NCBI GenBank assembly: GCA_951406725.2
Contig: OX597830.1
Location: forward strand, 19,344,001 to 19,408,000
Direction of reading: 5' to 3'
DNA length: 64,000 bases
Source: Octopus vulgaris
Lineage: Eukaryota
The notes beneath the pieces are model-generated. The model made no database searches, was not told the origin of the DNA, and was given only the letters and a program-made list of their open reading frames with translations. Both the position numbers and the translations under genes were made by a program. Of this stretch, positions 14,590-28,561 are shown in pieces. Each line of letters opens with the position of its first letter. Within the stretch, counting starts at the first letter, position 1.

Positions 14590-16230
14590 GTCTCTCTCAC
14601 ACCGGACACTATATCTACTAGGAAATTTACACCAGCAATGCTACAATGCTACCTTAAGAATGAACGCAACTATGCCTCTCCTGGTCTCGATAGTGTTACA
14701 TACCTACTTCTCAAATGCGGTGGGTACTTTCATCTAAACCAACTTTCACTATTCTTCCAATTCTGTCTTGACAATGATGTTACTCCAGAGCAGTGGAAAA
14801 CTGCCAGTGTTATCCCTCTGTTCAAAAAGCGTGACCGCACATTGCCTGTCAACTATCGCCCCATTAGTCTTACTACCTGCATCACCAAACTGATGGAATC
14901 CTGTGTCAAGGTAACCCTCTGGAATTTCTGGAAGTCTCACAGCCTCATCCAGCTGTCACAATTTGGATTTATTCCTAACTCCAGCTGCTGTAATCAACTC
15001 ATCGAGTTTCTTGAGGACATTACCCAAATCACTGATCGCGGATCCTGGGTGGATGTTGTTTACCTGGACTTTGCTAAGCCTTTTAACTCTGTGCCACACA
15101 AATGACTTATGGTGAAACTCTCTGCGTTGGGTGTAAGAGATGATCTCTATAACTGGTAGAAGTCCTTTATCGGCCAAAAAGAGGTTGTCACAGTTCTAGG
15201 ACAGCACTCTTCACCCTATGAGATGACATCTGGTGTAACACAGGGATCTGTTCTTGGCCCCCTTTTATTTGTTGCATATGTTAATGAAATAGATGCCAAC
15301 TTAAAGAATGCCACAGTGCTGAAATCTGCAGATGATATCAAGCTGTACCTCGAAATAAAGAGGTCAGATCCTGTACACTATAGATTTCTATTGCAATCAG
15401 ATCTGGACACAATGCAGCAGTGGATCATGGACTGGCAACTCAAGCTGGCTGTGGACAAATGTATCACCATGCATTTTGGGAGGAAAAACCCAGCGTCTAC
15501 TTACTCCCTTCACAACACTAATCTCAAAAAGTCTTCGTGTGAACGTGACCTGGGCGTCATTGTCGACAGCGATTTGCATTGGACAAAACACATTGCTAAA
15601 ATTGCCAAGAAGGCTTGAGGGTGTCTTGGCATCACTCACCAAGTCCTTTGTGAGCCACTCTCCGGCTATCTATCAGTGGCTTTATATAGCTATGTGCGAC
15701 CTCACCTGGAATTTGCATCACCGGTCTGGAACCCCTATCTTGCCAAGGATATTAATCGTCTGGAAGCCGTTCAGCGACGTGCAGCCAAGAGAATACCCTC
15801 CATCAGGCATTTGCCATATTCTGAACGCCTTACTTCCCTGGGCATGGACACATTGAAACACCGACGTCTGGCAGCTGACTTGGCAGACACCCATAACATT
15901 TTCAACCATCTTACAAACCATAACTCTGAGCACCATTTCAAACTCCACCTGTTTAACACCCATGGACATGTTTACAAAGTCAGAAAACAGCACAGCTCCC
16001 ATGACTTTCAGAAACATTTTTTCATGCTAAGAGTTGCTGAAGCATAGAACAAACTGCCAGCATCAGTTGTTAGTTGTCAGAGCACTGCATCCTTCAAAAC
16101 TTCCATGCTTCCTGAGATTCGCCAACACTACACCTGATTTTCTCCCCTCCATACACACGCAAGCATGTATCTGACTCATACACTGTTCGCTTTCCAGACA
16201 TTTGTACATTACTGCATGTAATTGATATGC
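14590..16230 (+). mobile_element. 5'-truncated CR1-clade LINE (RT pseudogene)
   Basis: NYRPISLT, VDVVYLDFAKPFNSVPH, GVTQGSVLGPLLF, ADDIKL and RPHLEFASPVWNP motifs, with stops and frameshifts. Confidence 0.92.
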
Positions 16231-16583
16231 ACAACAGAGAAAGTGGGTGAGTGGGAGATAGGGTGTGTCTGATTTAAATATCAGACTGTCTGCATATTTT
16301 ACCTGTGTGTAGTTGGATATTATTTTGATGTTGAACGGATATTTTGTGTGTCCTCTGTAGAAAGAGAGGTAAGTAAAGATATCTTTTTGGTTGGGATGGT
16401 GGTGTTCATAGGGTTATGATACCCGGATGCTATTATATATATATATATATACACACACTTGTACATTTATGCAATATGTATGTATGAGTATGTCTATCCT
16501 TCTGTGTCTCAATATGTTCATACTGTTGCATGTTAGGCATGTATCTACATATATCTTTATATACATATATATATATATGTATG

Positions 16584-16644
<61 letters not shown>

Positions 16645-17109
16645 AAATACTCACACACACTCACACACATGCACACACACAGACACACACACATAAACAG
16701 CAACACAAATACATGCATACATGCATACTGACAAACTATTACACACACATGTGTAAAAATAAAAATGGAGTTTCTACATGGTCACATAATGTGTTAAAAA
16801 AAGCAGCCAAACCTCCCTCTAACGTAGTCGTAGATACGTTATTCCTGAGGGCAACTCTTTCAATTACAGATCTAATCAATCAGTACTGACCTAGGGTTGT
16901 ACAATAACAGATACGCTCAGATATGGGAGTAGATGGACCCTGAACAAAAGTACCCTATGATAGTGTTCTGCATGTTAAATACTTTTACAGCCGTGTCTCA
17001 CACAAGTGTAAAATAGAGAGTAAAAAAAACTTTGAATAAGTAAGATAATCACTCACTTTTTCTCTCTACCTAATGTCAAAGATATGTAGTACATTTCTGT
17101 TATAATCTG

Positions 17110-17890
17110 AGTCCAGACTAAAAATTTTCTTAATTGGATAAAAATATCCCAGCCCAGGTTCAAACTGAAGTAGACACCTGCTTTGAAAAATCTGTTTTTT
17201 ACTGATTTTATTTTTATGAAAATTTCTCTAATTGAAAAAAATTCATTCCATGTTTAAATTGAGGCAGAAAACTTCAATGCAAGATCAGTTTCTTGTTTAT
17301 GAAAATTTTTCAAATTGATTAAAAAAAACCCAGGTTTTCAAACTGAAGTAGAGACCTGCTATAAAAGATTTACAGATCTGTTTGTTTAAAAAAAAATTTT
17401 CAATAAAATTTTCCTTTATTTATAAAAATTCATCCTATGTTTAACTCAAGGCAAAGATCTGCTGTGTAAGATAATGTTTTTGATTATGAAAATTTTCCTA
17501 ACTGGAAGAAATTCAGTCCAGGTTTAAATTGAGATAGAGAACTGTTAGGAAAGATTCATAATCTTTTTTAAAGAAAATTATCCTAATTGGATAAATAAAC
17601 TGGTCTGTGATAAAAAAAAAAAAATTATGGTAGGGATTGCTATGCAAGATTCAGTTTTTTTTTTGTTTATGAAAATTTTTCTTGTTGGAAACCGCACCCC
17701 AGCCCAGGTTCAAATTGTGGCAAAAACTGCTAGATAAGATTAGGCTTTTGCTTATGATAATATTTTTAATTGATAAAAAATCCTGTCCCAGTTAAAACTG
17801 CAGTAGAGTCCAGTTTTTGTTTATGAAAATTTTCCTAATGAGGCATAAACCCAGTTTGGGTTCAAACCGAGGCAGGGACCTGCTACAGAT
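17110..17890. repeat. Diverged tandem minisatellite, unit about 85 bp, about 9-10 copies
   Basis: TTTGTTTATGAAAATTTTCCTAATTGG..CCAGGTTCAAACTGAGGCAGAGACCTGCT recurs at 69-105 bp spacing. Confidence 0.75.
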
Positions 17891-17979
17891 ACTCTTAGCT
17901 AGTTTTTCAATTCAGTATATTATTTACATGTAATACTATTGTATATGAGCCTATAGACTAACATAGTCATGTTAACAGT

Positions 17980-18120
17980 GGAGGCACATGGTCTAGTGGT
18001 TAGAGCAGCGGACCCGTGGTTGAGGGATCGCGAGTTCGAATCTTAGACCGGGTGATGTGTTTGTTTATGAGAGGAAGACCTAAGCTTCACATGGCTCCAG
18101 CCACTCTTTTCACCACTCTT
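17980..18120 (+). mobile_element. tRNA-derived SINE, family C
   Basis: GGAGGCACATGGTCTAGTGGTTAG A box and GAGTTCGAATC B box; related copy at 52260-52445. Confidence 0.75.
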
Positions 18121-18786
18121 TGGAATATAGGTCACCATCAACCATATCTGACTTTCCTAAGTTCATCTGTCTCTGAGCAATCCTTTACTAACAGCTTCCA
18201 GTTGTGTTTTTGTTTTTTCACCTTAGAATACTGGAATAAGCAGATGTGCGTCAAAAGGACACAGCTTCAGATATAACCCATCTACATTATATACACACAC
18301 ACTCATAATGAACAGTGAGAATGAATGCTCAACACTGTAATAGTGGATAAATGTTCTTTATTTATGGCTTTACAAGACAACCGATTCACAATTGTTCAGG
18401 CATCCCCACATGGAAGTCCTCATGTATCCTCATCGAAAATTGAGACAAGTACCAACACTTCTATGTGACACGCTTGAACAATTGTGAAGATTGCTTCACG
18501 TGAAACCATTGGTTGCCTTGTTAACCCACAAATAGTGTGTGTGTGTGTGCGTGTGTGTGTGTGCGTGTGTGTGTGTGCGTGTGTGTGTGTGTAACTTTGT
18601 CTGATGATAAAACATAGTTACTTTTGTGAATTCTTTGCATGCTTCACTTATGATTTTATTTTGTGACTTTTTGCCAAGCCATACTTTACTGGTCAATCTG
18701 TATTGGTAAAAGTCTGCTTTTACTGTTGGCTGTTGTTTTAATTCTTTTGGTGTATATTCTTTTTCTAACAGGGATAAAAAAAATAT

Positions 18787-19160
18787 ACAGGGTGTGGTGA
18801 ATAAATTGTTATCTAATTTACGCAAAAAATGAAAATAACACTGACATCTCATTTTAACATATATTAACGAAAATTACATAAAAATATCTTGAGATACTAA
18901 AGAGTAAATCTATTCAATAAAATTGCCATTGGCCTCAACCACAGCCTCCAGACGACTTCAGAGTCTCCTGCAACACTTCTGGACAGTCTCCTTGTTTAAA
19001 TTGGTGAATGCCGCCATAATTTTTGCCTTCAGTTCATCTTTGGTGTTACAAGAAGTTTTGTTGGTCTCTCGGTCAACTGTACCCCACACAATAATCAAGA
19101 GAATTGCAGAGTTAGGTGATCAGATGTTAGGGGTGACGTGGTTCCAGAAATTGTCCGACA
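18787..19160 (-). mobile_element. Tc1/mariner (maT-like) transposase 3' remnant
   Basis: TA|CAGGGTGTG terminus. Minus strand gives NFWNHVTPNI..YVWGTVDRETNKTSCNTKDELKAKI..LEAVVEANGNFIE-like text. Confidence 0.7.
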
Positions 19161-19839
19161 GTGTGTGTATATGTTTGTGTGTCTGTGTTTGTCCCCCCAA
19201 CATCACTTCACAACTGATGCTGGTGTGTTTATGTCTCTGTAACTTAGCGGTTCAGCAAAAAAGACCGATAGAATAAGTACTAGGCTTACAAAGAATAAGT
19301 CCTGGGGTCAATTTGCTTGACTAAAGGCGGTGCTCCAGTATGGCCACAGTCAAATGACTGAAACAAGTAAAAGAGAGTAAAGAGTATACACACATATATA
19401 CATAGATGGTTGTATGTGAGTGTGTGTCTGTGTGTCTTTGTGTTTGTTTCCCTCCTTGTTCTACATAACAAGTGAGGCAATTTCTTTGACTAAACCCTTC
19501 AAGGCAGTGTCAAAGTAAGGCTGTTGTCCGATGACTGGAGCAAGTAACAAGTTAAAAAATACAAGATCCATCGATATAACTGCATTCTCTTTATTGGTGT
19601 CTTTAATTGCCAATCCATTATAATTTTTCAAACCAGTTATGCTGATGCTGGTAGCATGTAAAAAGCATCCAGTCAACCTGTATACTCTGTAAAGTGGCTG
19701 GCATTAGGAAGGGCATCAAGCTGTGGAAACCAAACCAAAACAGACTATGAAAGCTGGTGTGGCCCCTGGCCTTGCAAGCTCCTGTCAAGCCGTCCAACCC
19801 ATGCCAGCTTCGAAAATGGAATTCAAATGATGATGATGC

Positions 19840-19871
<32 letters not shown>

Positions 19872-20125
19872 GTGATGATGATTCAGTCGTTTTGAAGTTT
19901 GACTTCATCTATCTTTATCAGCTTCATCTCGAGAGCTGTGGCCATGCTGGGGCACTGCCATTAATTCTTTGTTTTTGTATAGTATTATATGATAAATTCA
20001 AACATTGTATTCCTATCCACTGATGAAAAATAGCTGCTTTAGTTTCTAACAAACTAGTAATCATTATTTACATTATTTACATTATTTACATTTGACGGAT
20101 ATTTGTCCTCATCTTGTTTGTTGTT

Positions 20126-20171
20126 AACACAACGTTTCGGCTGATATACCCTCCAGCCTTCATCAGGTGTT
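20126..20171 (-). ncRNA. Minimal type I hammerhead ribozyme motif
   Basis: Minus strand reads AACAC-CUGAUGA-A-GGCUG..CAGCC-GAAA-CG-UU-GUGUU. Helix I 5 bp, helix II 5 bp, palindromic helix III. Confidence 0.8.
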
Positions 20172-21793
20172 TTGGGGAAATGTCGACCCTGGGTTCTCAT
20201 TCATAAGGTTTTTTTTTGAAAACTTAGTAAACTATTAATCATTATTATTCTTTCCAAATTATTCTACAAGTTGTCATTTTCTACAAAGTTCTAAAGCCTT
20301 ATCTTTAATTTCATTCTAATAAGATTGCCAAAAAGGTATTCACTTATTCTTTTATTCATTTACTGTGGTCATGCTGGAGCATCACCTTTAGTCGAACAAA
20401 TCGACACCAGGATTATGGGGACGTAAACACACCAGCATCAGTTGTCAAGCGATGTTGGGTAGGGGTGGGTGTGGGGAACAAAGACACACAAACATATACA
20501 CACACATACACACACACCTATATATATATATATACATATATACGATGGGCTTCTTTCAGCTTCTGTCTACCAAATCCACTCACAAGGCTTTGGTTGGTCC
20601 AAGGCTATAGTAGAAGACACTTGCCCAAGCTGCCACGCAGTGGGACTGAACCCAGAACCATGTGGTTGGTAAGCAAGCTACTTACCACACAGCCACTCCT
20701 ATGCCACTGTGATAATATATTAGGAATGACAAGATATGTTGATTGGATTCTTGCTGTTCTTCTTGCACTCCATGAAGTATCCTTAATTTTATTATATAAA
20801 ATGATACATCCCTTAAAATAAGGAATTCTTTCATCTGTATGTAGTAAGGAGACCCTATTGGAGTGGGGGATAACCTCTTAATAGAGAATTTCAGGTTAAG
20901 TTGGTCTAAACAATCATCATCCTCATCACCATGATCATCATCATCATAATCATCATCAACTGTCTGTTTTCCATGTTGGTATGAGTTGGATGGCTTGATA
21001 GTAACTGGTAAGGCAAAGGGCTGCACCAGGTTCCGTAGCCTGTTTTGGCTTGGTTTTTAAAACTGGATGCCCTTCATAATGTCAACCCAACTTTTTATGT
21101 ACTGGATGCATTTCATGTAGCACCATCACCAATGTTTTTTTTAAGTGGCACCAGCACCCCAACCAATGCTTTTTACATGGCACCCTGGTTTTTGGATGAA
21201 AATTCTTAAACCTCATTTACGATATATAATGGACTTGATATGGTGAAACCTAAAGAGAGGAAGCATTACACATTTGTACAGCAAAACAATTGAAGAAGCT
21301 TTTTCAACTTTTAATATATGACTTGTAGTTCTTTCAAGGAGTATTTTTTGAAGTTTTCCTATGACGTTTCTTATATATGACATTGTTACTTGATACCATT
21401 GTATGTTTAGCAGATCAAAGGTGGAGAGGGATTACAGGTAATTAGATCAGAGAAACAGAATGCTTTGATTGCATATACACAGTTTTCAGTGCATTAATTA
21501 CATAAACACACATACACACACACACAGAAACACACACACATACACATGGCTGTTGTTAATAAAAAGAACAAACAATTGAAGACCAGTGATGCGAAAAATC
21601 ACTACAATTTCAAGGTGTGACCTGAAGAAAATTGACCTGCTATTTCTAGCAGACTAAGTAACCACACACAATCTATTTCTTAAGTGGAGGGAAATAAAAA
21701 CATGTCACAGGAAAAATAGTGAAAGTATAATATTTTATGTTTATGTATTTGTTTTGCAAGACTCTTGATGGGAAATCATGTGTTGAAACAGAT

Positions 21794-22575
21794 ACAAGAT
21801 CTGATTAATAAGTATACGGACAGTTGCCATAGTAACGAAACTAAAGAGTAAAGATGTTTGGCAAAGATTGAGCTTGCACTCTGCTGTGCATGCACACTAA
21901 GTTTTAATGTTCTAGCTCACTTCCACTGTTTATAGCAGTGCTTGGAAGGAAGGTGTGTAGTGTATTGATTTGTTGCATAGACTTGCTCAGAGGCCTTTAC
22001 AAGTTTGCAGAAAGTGTATGGAAAGGAGTGTATGAGCCACATACAAGTGTACGAGTGGTTCAGACGTTTCCAAGATGGTCAGTAAAACGTCAATATTGAC
22101 GAACGTTCTGGGAGACCAGCAACCAGCAGAACTGAGAAAAACATCACAGATGTGCATGCAGCTCTGAGGGGAAATTGTCAAATCACCATCTGTGAGTTAT
22201 CAGAGGATGTGCACATTAGTTACGGTTCAGTTCAGTTCATTTGCACTGAAGATTTGGGTATGAGACACATGTCTGCCAAGTTTGTGTTAAAACTGCTTTC
22301 AACTGATCCAAAACACATTCAGGTTTCAGTTGCACAAGATCTTGATTGTGTCGAGAACGGTGAAAACTTTTTGTAAACTTTGCATAGGCCTCTGAGCATG
22401 TATCGTCAAGCTTTTGGCAGAATTTCATGCAGATTCTCGGCTAAACTTTCTCTGTCATGGACAATCCGACGATCACACGCTATACACATTTTTTCCAAGC
22501 ACTGCTGTAAACAGTGGAAGTGAGTTAGAATGTTACAACTTCGTGCAGATACACAACAAGGTTCAAGGTCAATCT
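21794..22575. mobile_element. Rearranged mariner derivative with two inverted 5' ends
   Basis: HTH fragments on both strands (VYEWFRRFQDG on +, MKFCQKL on -). 21870-21965 is inverted relative to 22478-22575. Confidence 0.72.
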
Positions 22576-22616
22576 GTGCATTTGTGTCCCATTATAACTA
22601 AACATAAACACACACA

Positions 22617-22664
<48 letters not shown>

Positions 22665-23531
22665 CACACATATGTATATTAGTGTATGTAGATTGTTAGT
22701 GATTTTTTCTCCGTCTTAATTTTCTTTTGGACTACCCTCTGTTTCATGTTTCTAAAGAAGAGCTTTGCTCGAAACGTTAAGCACCCCTCTGTTCCTTTTG
22801 CTCCAAACCAAAGACAGTGAACGCCAGAGGATGACCCTACGTATATCACAGATTGAAATACAGAAAAATAGCATTTAGCAAACACATCGACATTTGTGCC
22901 ATTAACGAACAACCCAACTTCAGAATTTTCCCCTCTATAAATTCAGGGACAATTCAACCTATAATCAGCGCATTAGCAAAGAATCATATTTTATCGCAAG
23001 ATATAAATCCCTTTTGAATGCTTCCACCACAGATGACACTACTACAAGTCTCTTAGAATAATACCCACACAAATATTAAAAACGATATATTTAGAACAGT
23101 CACTGCCCATGAATTTATTCAGAACAATTCCAATCACTACTGCTATAACCACAACAGGTCACTTTTAGGTTACTTGACCATTCAAGAGGACTTTACGAAC
23201 AGCCTACTGCAGTCATACCACTCCCGTCTTTTTCTTCTTCTTTCTCTTCTTTTCTCCCCTTCGTCATCCTCCTCCTCTTTGTTCTTCGCCGTCTCCTTCC
23301 TTAGCTACTGCTACTAAAACAGTCAAAATCCAGAACCGACACCCACCATATTAAATATTTCTTCAGATCTGCTTCTACCTACCTACTTCAATTGTTTTTC
23401 ATACTTTACTCTACGTTGAAGAAGTCGAAAAGGCTGAAACCGGTACTAAAATGTTCTTCATGATAAAATTATTTTAGCATTTTCTACCTTATTTCCCTTA
23501 TAATATCAACTTGTGTGTTACTTTTCAACCT

Positions 23532-23598
<67 letters not shown>

Positions 23599-23600
<2 letters not shown>

Positions 23601-25131
23601 TGATAGAAACGGTAAGATAACAAAATAATGAAAGAGACCTCGATATTATGTAAATAGAGGAATTTATCTGTAAATATAATATGTGACAATTATTCGGCAG
23701 CCATGATAGAACTCCGAGTTTCGGATGTCGGGGCGGAAACCCACACCGCCATCTCTTCTGTTATCGGGCCATCGAAAAAAATTCTATGAAATAGACCGTT
23801 AAACAAAGGGAAATTACTGTGTGATTGACTGTTATTAAGACAAAAGAGCAATTAGAATGACCACTAAGGGAGGAGAGAGAGTAAAGGCAAGGGAGTAAAA
23901 ATGATCATAGTATTCGCGTAAGCGCACACGTCCATACATACACATGCGCGCCCGCACACCCACGTAATGCGCCTATAAGTATATACTCATCCACCCTCAC
24001 TTGAAACACAGACATGCTCACCCACACATTCGCCAAAAATTATATACATTCCCGCATACACGCTCGCACACAAGATTCATATACACGTCTATATACGCTC
24101 ATGCACAACAGGGCTAAATGCAAAATACAGAAAAATGTGTAAAAAGGTGTAGAAAATAAGCAATAAGAGTAAAACACGTTTATATACGCACGTACTCGCA
24201 TGCACGCACACACACACGTCTATATACGCACATACCCGCACACACGCACACATCCTCACGCGCACACAGAAGATTTCATATGCACGTCTATATACGCACA
24301 GGAAAAATGCAGGGTGGAAGGTAGAATACAGAAAAAATATGTGTAAAAAATATATGAGCAATAAACCTATAAAACATTATCTCTATAAATATGTAAAAAA
24401 TATATAATAATATATAAGAAATATAAGTAAAAAGTATAGAGAGATAAAAAAGCTTGAACGTGGACACAATATAGAAAGCAAATCCTATCTGTAATCTCGG
24501 GGGGACCAAAAACGTAACAATATTTAGCCACGTGTGGTCATTAGCCGAAAAGTTCAGTTCTTGAATTTAGACATGTGCTGCTTTTCCAGATGAACCATTT
24601 TTCCATATCACAAAGACTGCACTTCCCACTACCGTTGGTGTAGGGCTTACACTTGGCTAAAATATTCCAATGGATGTTGTAACTGACACCTTTATCTTTT
24701 AAGGACCATATATGACTGGATAATTTAGTCGTTTTTCTTTTGTCACAGTGGCTGAAGGTCAAGGTGTGATTATTGAACCGGGCCTTAAAATTACCCTCTG
24801 TAAGGCCCACGTATTTCTTCGTCGAAACCGTGTCCTTAGTGGATATAGAGTCCACGGCGGCTTCATAAATCGTGGTCTCGGACATGCATTTTTACGCGAA
24901 TACTATGAACATTTATACTCCCTTACCTTTACCCCACCCCCGCAATTAGCGGTCATTCAAATAACTCTTTTGTCTTAATAACGGTCACACGCAAACTAAT
25001 TTCCTATTTGTTTAGCGGTCATTTTCATAGCAATTTTTTTGATGGCTCGATAACAGAAGAGATGGCGGCGTGGGTTTCCGCCCCGACATCCGAAACTCGG
25101 AGTTTTATAATGGCTGCCGAATAATTGTCAC

Positions 25132-25135
<4 letters not shown>
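23599..25135 (-). mobile_element. Penelope-like element 3' remnant with inverted pseudo-LTR
   Basis: GIY-YIG ORF at 24885-24541 (IYEA..YVGLTEGNFKARFNNH). Inverted arms at about 23678-23845 and 24968-25135; (TA)n flanks. Confidence 0.85.
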
Positions 25136-25224
<89 letters not shown>

Positions 25225-25228
<4 letters not shown>

Positions 25229-26486
25229 TAAATATGTTCCAAAAAGAAAATATAAAATATAAAATACACGTGGAAATGTAAGGGGAAAATAAGAAAAATC
25301 AACGAAAATGCACATTGTACATAAAAAAAGAAAAGGCTTTTTATGAAAGGTAACGACAGATATATACATTTAGATGGACTGAGGTAGTAATAAATGTTAT
25401 AATAGTCATTATTATGAGATGATTAAAATGTCAGAAAGCAAAGCATACCATGGTTTCGTCCTAACCTATTCATTGCTTTGAATAAACACCGGCTAATGAA
25501 CGGTGTCAGGACTAATAGTTCCTGAGTAAAAAGATTATTTGTAAGGGAGGTAAGTAGTTCTGGATTTCGTGCAGCTGTGTTAGATATAGAATTGTAATGT
25601 GAATGGTGTAGGCAGTATATAGGGGTTAGTAGTGTTAATTGAAGGGTTAGTGGTGCTCTGTATTAAGTTGTGTGATCATATTTAATTGGGGAAGATATTT
25701 ATTGATGAAAATTGCCTCTTTATTCAACCTTTGTTGCATTGCGGTGTTCTGTGAACATTGATAGAAGGGGAAGATTTTGAAATTAGTATCAAGATTCATA
25801 GCACACCTTTCTATGTGTTCACTAACCTGTAACTGTCTGTATTGTGTTTGGCGGATTTATTCTTTGTGGATGGTAGTTCTTCGACGGAGTGATATTCCTG
25901 TCTGTCCAATATAGTGGTTACCACATCCTAAGCATGTCATGACATAGATCAGATTTTCCGAGGCCCAGGTGAAATTTGATTTGATCTTAAATATTTTTCC
26001 TTGTTTGAAGTGAAATTCTGAACCCTCCAAAAGTTGGGGGCATGTTCCATAGTTAGGATGACCACATTTTTTCACTTTTGGCTATGTTGTTAGTGGATAA
26101 AGTCTTGCGCTGAATAATATTTTTTTCAGTGACTTCGGTTGCTTTTTGCTTTTTATAATTTTGTATGAGCTTAAAATTTCGTTCATTGTTTTGTCTGCTG
26201 TGAGGACGGGAAGATTTTGGGTGATAATGTTGAAGGCTTCGTTGTTTCTAGGGTTATGTGTGGAAATGTACGGGAGTATTTTTAAGTCTGGTTTAGTATT
26301 TCGGGTGGCTTGACTTAATATTTGTATATCTATTTCCTTAGCTCTTAATGACTTTTATGACTTTTATGACTTTTATTACTACCTCAGTCCATCTAAATGT
26401 ATATATCTGTCGTTACATTTCATAAAAAGTATATTCTTTTTTGATTTAATATGTGAATTTTCGTTGATTTTTCTTATTTTCCCCCT
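25225..26486 (-). mobile_element. Penelope-like element 3' remnant with inverted terminal segment
   Basis: NLIYVMTCLGCGNHYIGQTG GIY-YIG motif. 25283-25395 is inverted relative to 26372-26485; (TA)n flanks. Confidence 0.85.
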
Positions 26487-26526
26487 ATATATATATATAT
26501 ATATATAAACACACACACACACACAC

Positions 26527-26593
<67 letters not shown>

Positions 26594-27229
26594 GACAAAT
26601 ATGATTATTAAGATTATGAGACAAGGAAGAGACAAACGAACAATACATGATATTTAAAAAGCAAAGTTAAGCGAACGCTGAAACAGCTTAAGAATATGAA
26701 ATGAAACAATTACAGTGGAAGAACGTGTACATTGAAAATACGCTAATGAAAGAAGCAGAAGCGAATTTGATATTTCGGGTAATACTCTTTATCAAAGTGG
26801 AGAGAAAGGAATAAGAAATGTACGAGATAATACATATATAAACGAATTACATGGTAGGCTTGGTGTAAAGTGATAGGTGGAGTGTGGGATACTAGGACCA
26901 GAAATGGCGCCACAATTTGGTTGACAGTGAAAGAATGAGAAAAAAAATAAGTGGGGAGAGAGTGGGAGAAAGGTGAGGAAGAGAGATAGATGAAAGGTGA
27001 TGAGTGTTGTGTGAGTGTATGAGAGAGAGAGAGAAGAACCACAAGAAAAGAAATGAGAAAACAAATCTTCAAACATGAAGCTGAAATTCAAGTCTTTTCA
27101 TTCCATTTCTAAAGGGTTAGAAGATTACCAATGGTTTCAGTTTGCTATCTCTGCTTGCGTTGTCACTAAACATTGAAATTAGTCGATCTTTCGAAACTTT
27201 AAATACAGACATTGATGATTCTTGGTGGT

Positions 27230-27420
27230 ATTCTTTTTAATCTCCAAAAGAATCCTTCCCCATCCACATTGAAAACTTGCCTTGACATGTAATTTCCTTC
27301 TCCAGTAATTTTTTCTTAAATTTTGTGCACAAAATTTTACTGCTTCATCCTCTGTGATTCTTTATATTGTGCCAACCTGCTCTCTTCTAGCGCCCAAACC
27401 ATCCACAGTTTACAGTAAGG
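27230..27420 (-). mobile_element. pogo/Tigger transposase remnant
   Basis: Minus strand gives GWFGR*KRAGWHNIK and GEGNYMSRQVFNVDGEGFFW, resembling the CENP-B/Tigger GWF and FNVDETGLFW motifs. Confidence 0.65.
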
Positions 27421-28410
27421 TGTTTTTTTTTAACACAGCGCCCATAGTCCTTTTTTAGGACCAGAAGGACAATAGATCATACTTCTGCAATACCTGTATT
27501 TTTTCGAGATACCTTAAGTTAGTCATCAAGACTGGAGTGTCTTTCAAATATTCTTTTCTACTCAAGGCACAAGGCCCGAAATTTTGGGGAAGGAGGCCAG
27601 TCGATTAGATTGACCCCAATACGCCACTGGTACTTAATTTATCGACCCCAAAAGGATGAAAGACAAAGTAGACCTCGGCAGAATTTGAACTCTTTCAAAT
27701 ATTGTAACAAAATGTTTTTATATATTTAGTATCAGATAAAGTTGTATAAAAAAGTCTTTAGATAATAAATCAAATAAAACAATTTGTGGACTAATGTGTT
27801 AATGGTATTTCCAGCATGGTACTACCTTATAATACCATACATTTTCCCCCAAAGTTATGGTTCCTTCTAGTTTCTTATTTAATGTTCCAGTTAGTGTACT
27901 AATGTATTTTGGTATGTTAAAAAAAAGGATGCCCAATATTCTAAGAGAAAGACAGAGAACGGAGCAGTCAAGGAAAGTATTCTAAGATGTCTCGGAAACA
28001 TTCACTTGTTAATTAAAAAAATGGCGTATTTTAATTGCAGCAAATACGATGGTGCACAGCAAAGGAGAATGGGAGTTGCTGGCTCTCGCCGACATCATTT
28101 GGCCTTTAGCTTAGCTGACAAATGCATTCATTGCTTTCAGACAGCCCACATTGAGTTATAATCAAATTTTAAAAAAATATATTGCTTTTTATTTTTGCCG
28201 CTGAAAATTCTCATAGAGCTGTAAAGTTGTGAAAAACAAACGCCGAGAGTGAGAACTACCTGTGTATAATTGTATATTTTCATACAAACACTCATATACG
28301 TAATTTGAACATTAACCACAGTATTATGAATTTTTTTTTTTACCAGGGAGGTATCTGAGACTATATACGGAAGTGGCAATAAAAGAGAGCAAAAGAAATA
28401 GAAACCGAAG

Positions 28411-28489
28411 ATGACAGCGGATACTGTACCGCCAGAGAGGAAGTTGGGGTTACTAAAGGGAATTTCTATGATAGTCGGCATCATGATTG
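28411..28489 (+). CDS. SLC7A9: SLC7 amino-acid transporter light chain (b(0,+)AT/SLC7A9-like), coding exon 1
   Basis: Encodes MTADTVPPERKLGLLKGISMIVGIMI(G), matching LAT-family TM1. An in-frame TAG lies upstream at 28399-28401. GTAAGT donor at 28490. A polyT/CAG acceptor ending at 28346 suggests an upstream non-coding exon. Confidence 0.88.
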
Positions 28490-28561
28490 GTAAGTAAAAT
28501 ATTTTGATATTCAAGTCCTTCTCTCAGCAATTAGAATATTAGTCGAGGTCTTCGTTTAAAG

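Noticed and set aside
17110-17890. CRISPR-like repeat/spacer appearance
   Set aside because: Eukaryotic context, degenerate repeats, mutually homologous linkers and no cas genes.
27929-27985. ATG-initiated MPNILRERQR.. as an extra N-terminal exon
   Set aside because: Weak donor, and the exon starting at 28347 has an in-frame TAG before ATG 28411, so it cannot extend the CDS through that exon.
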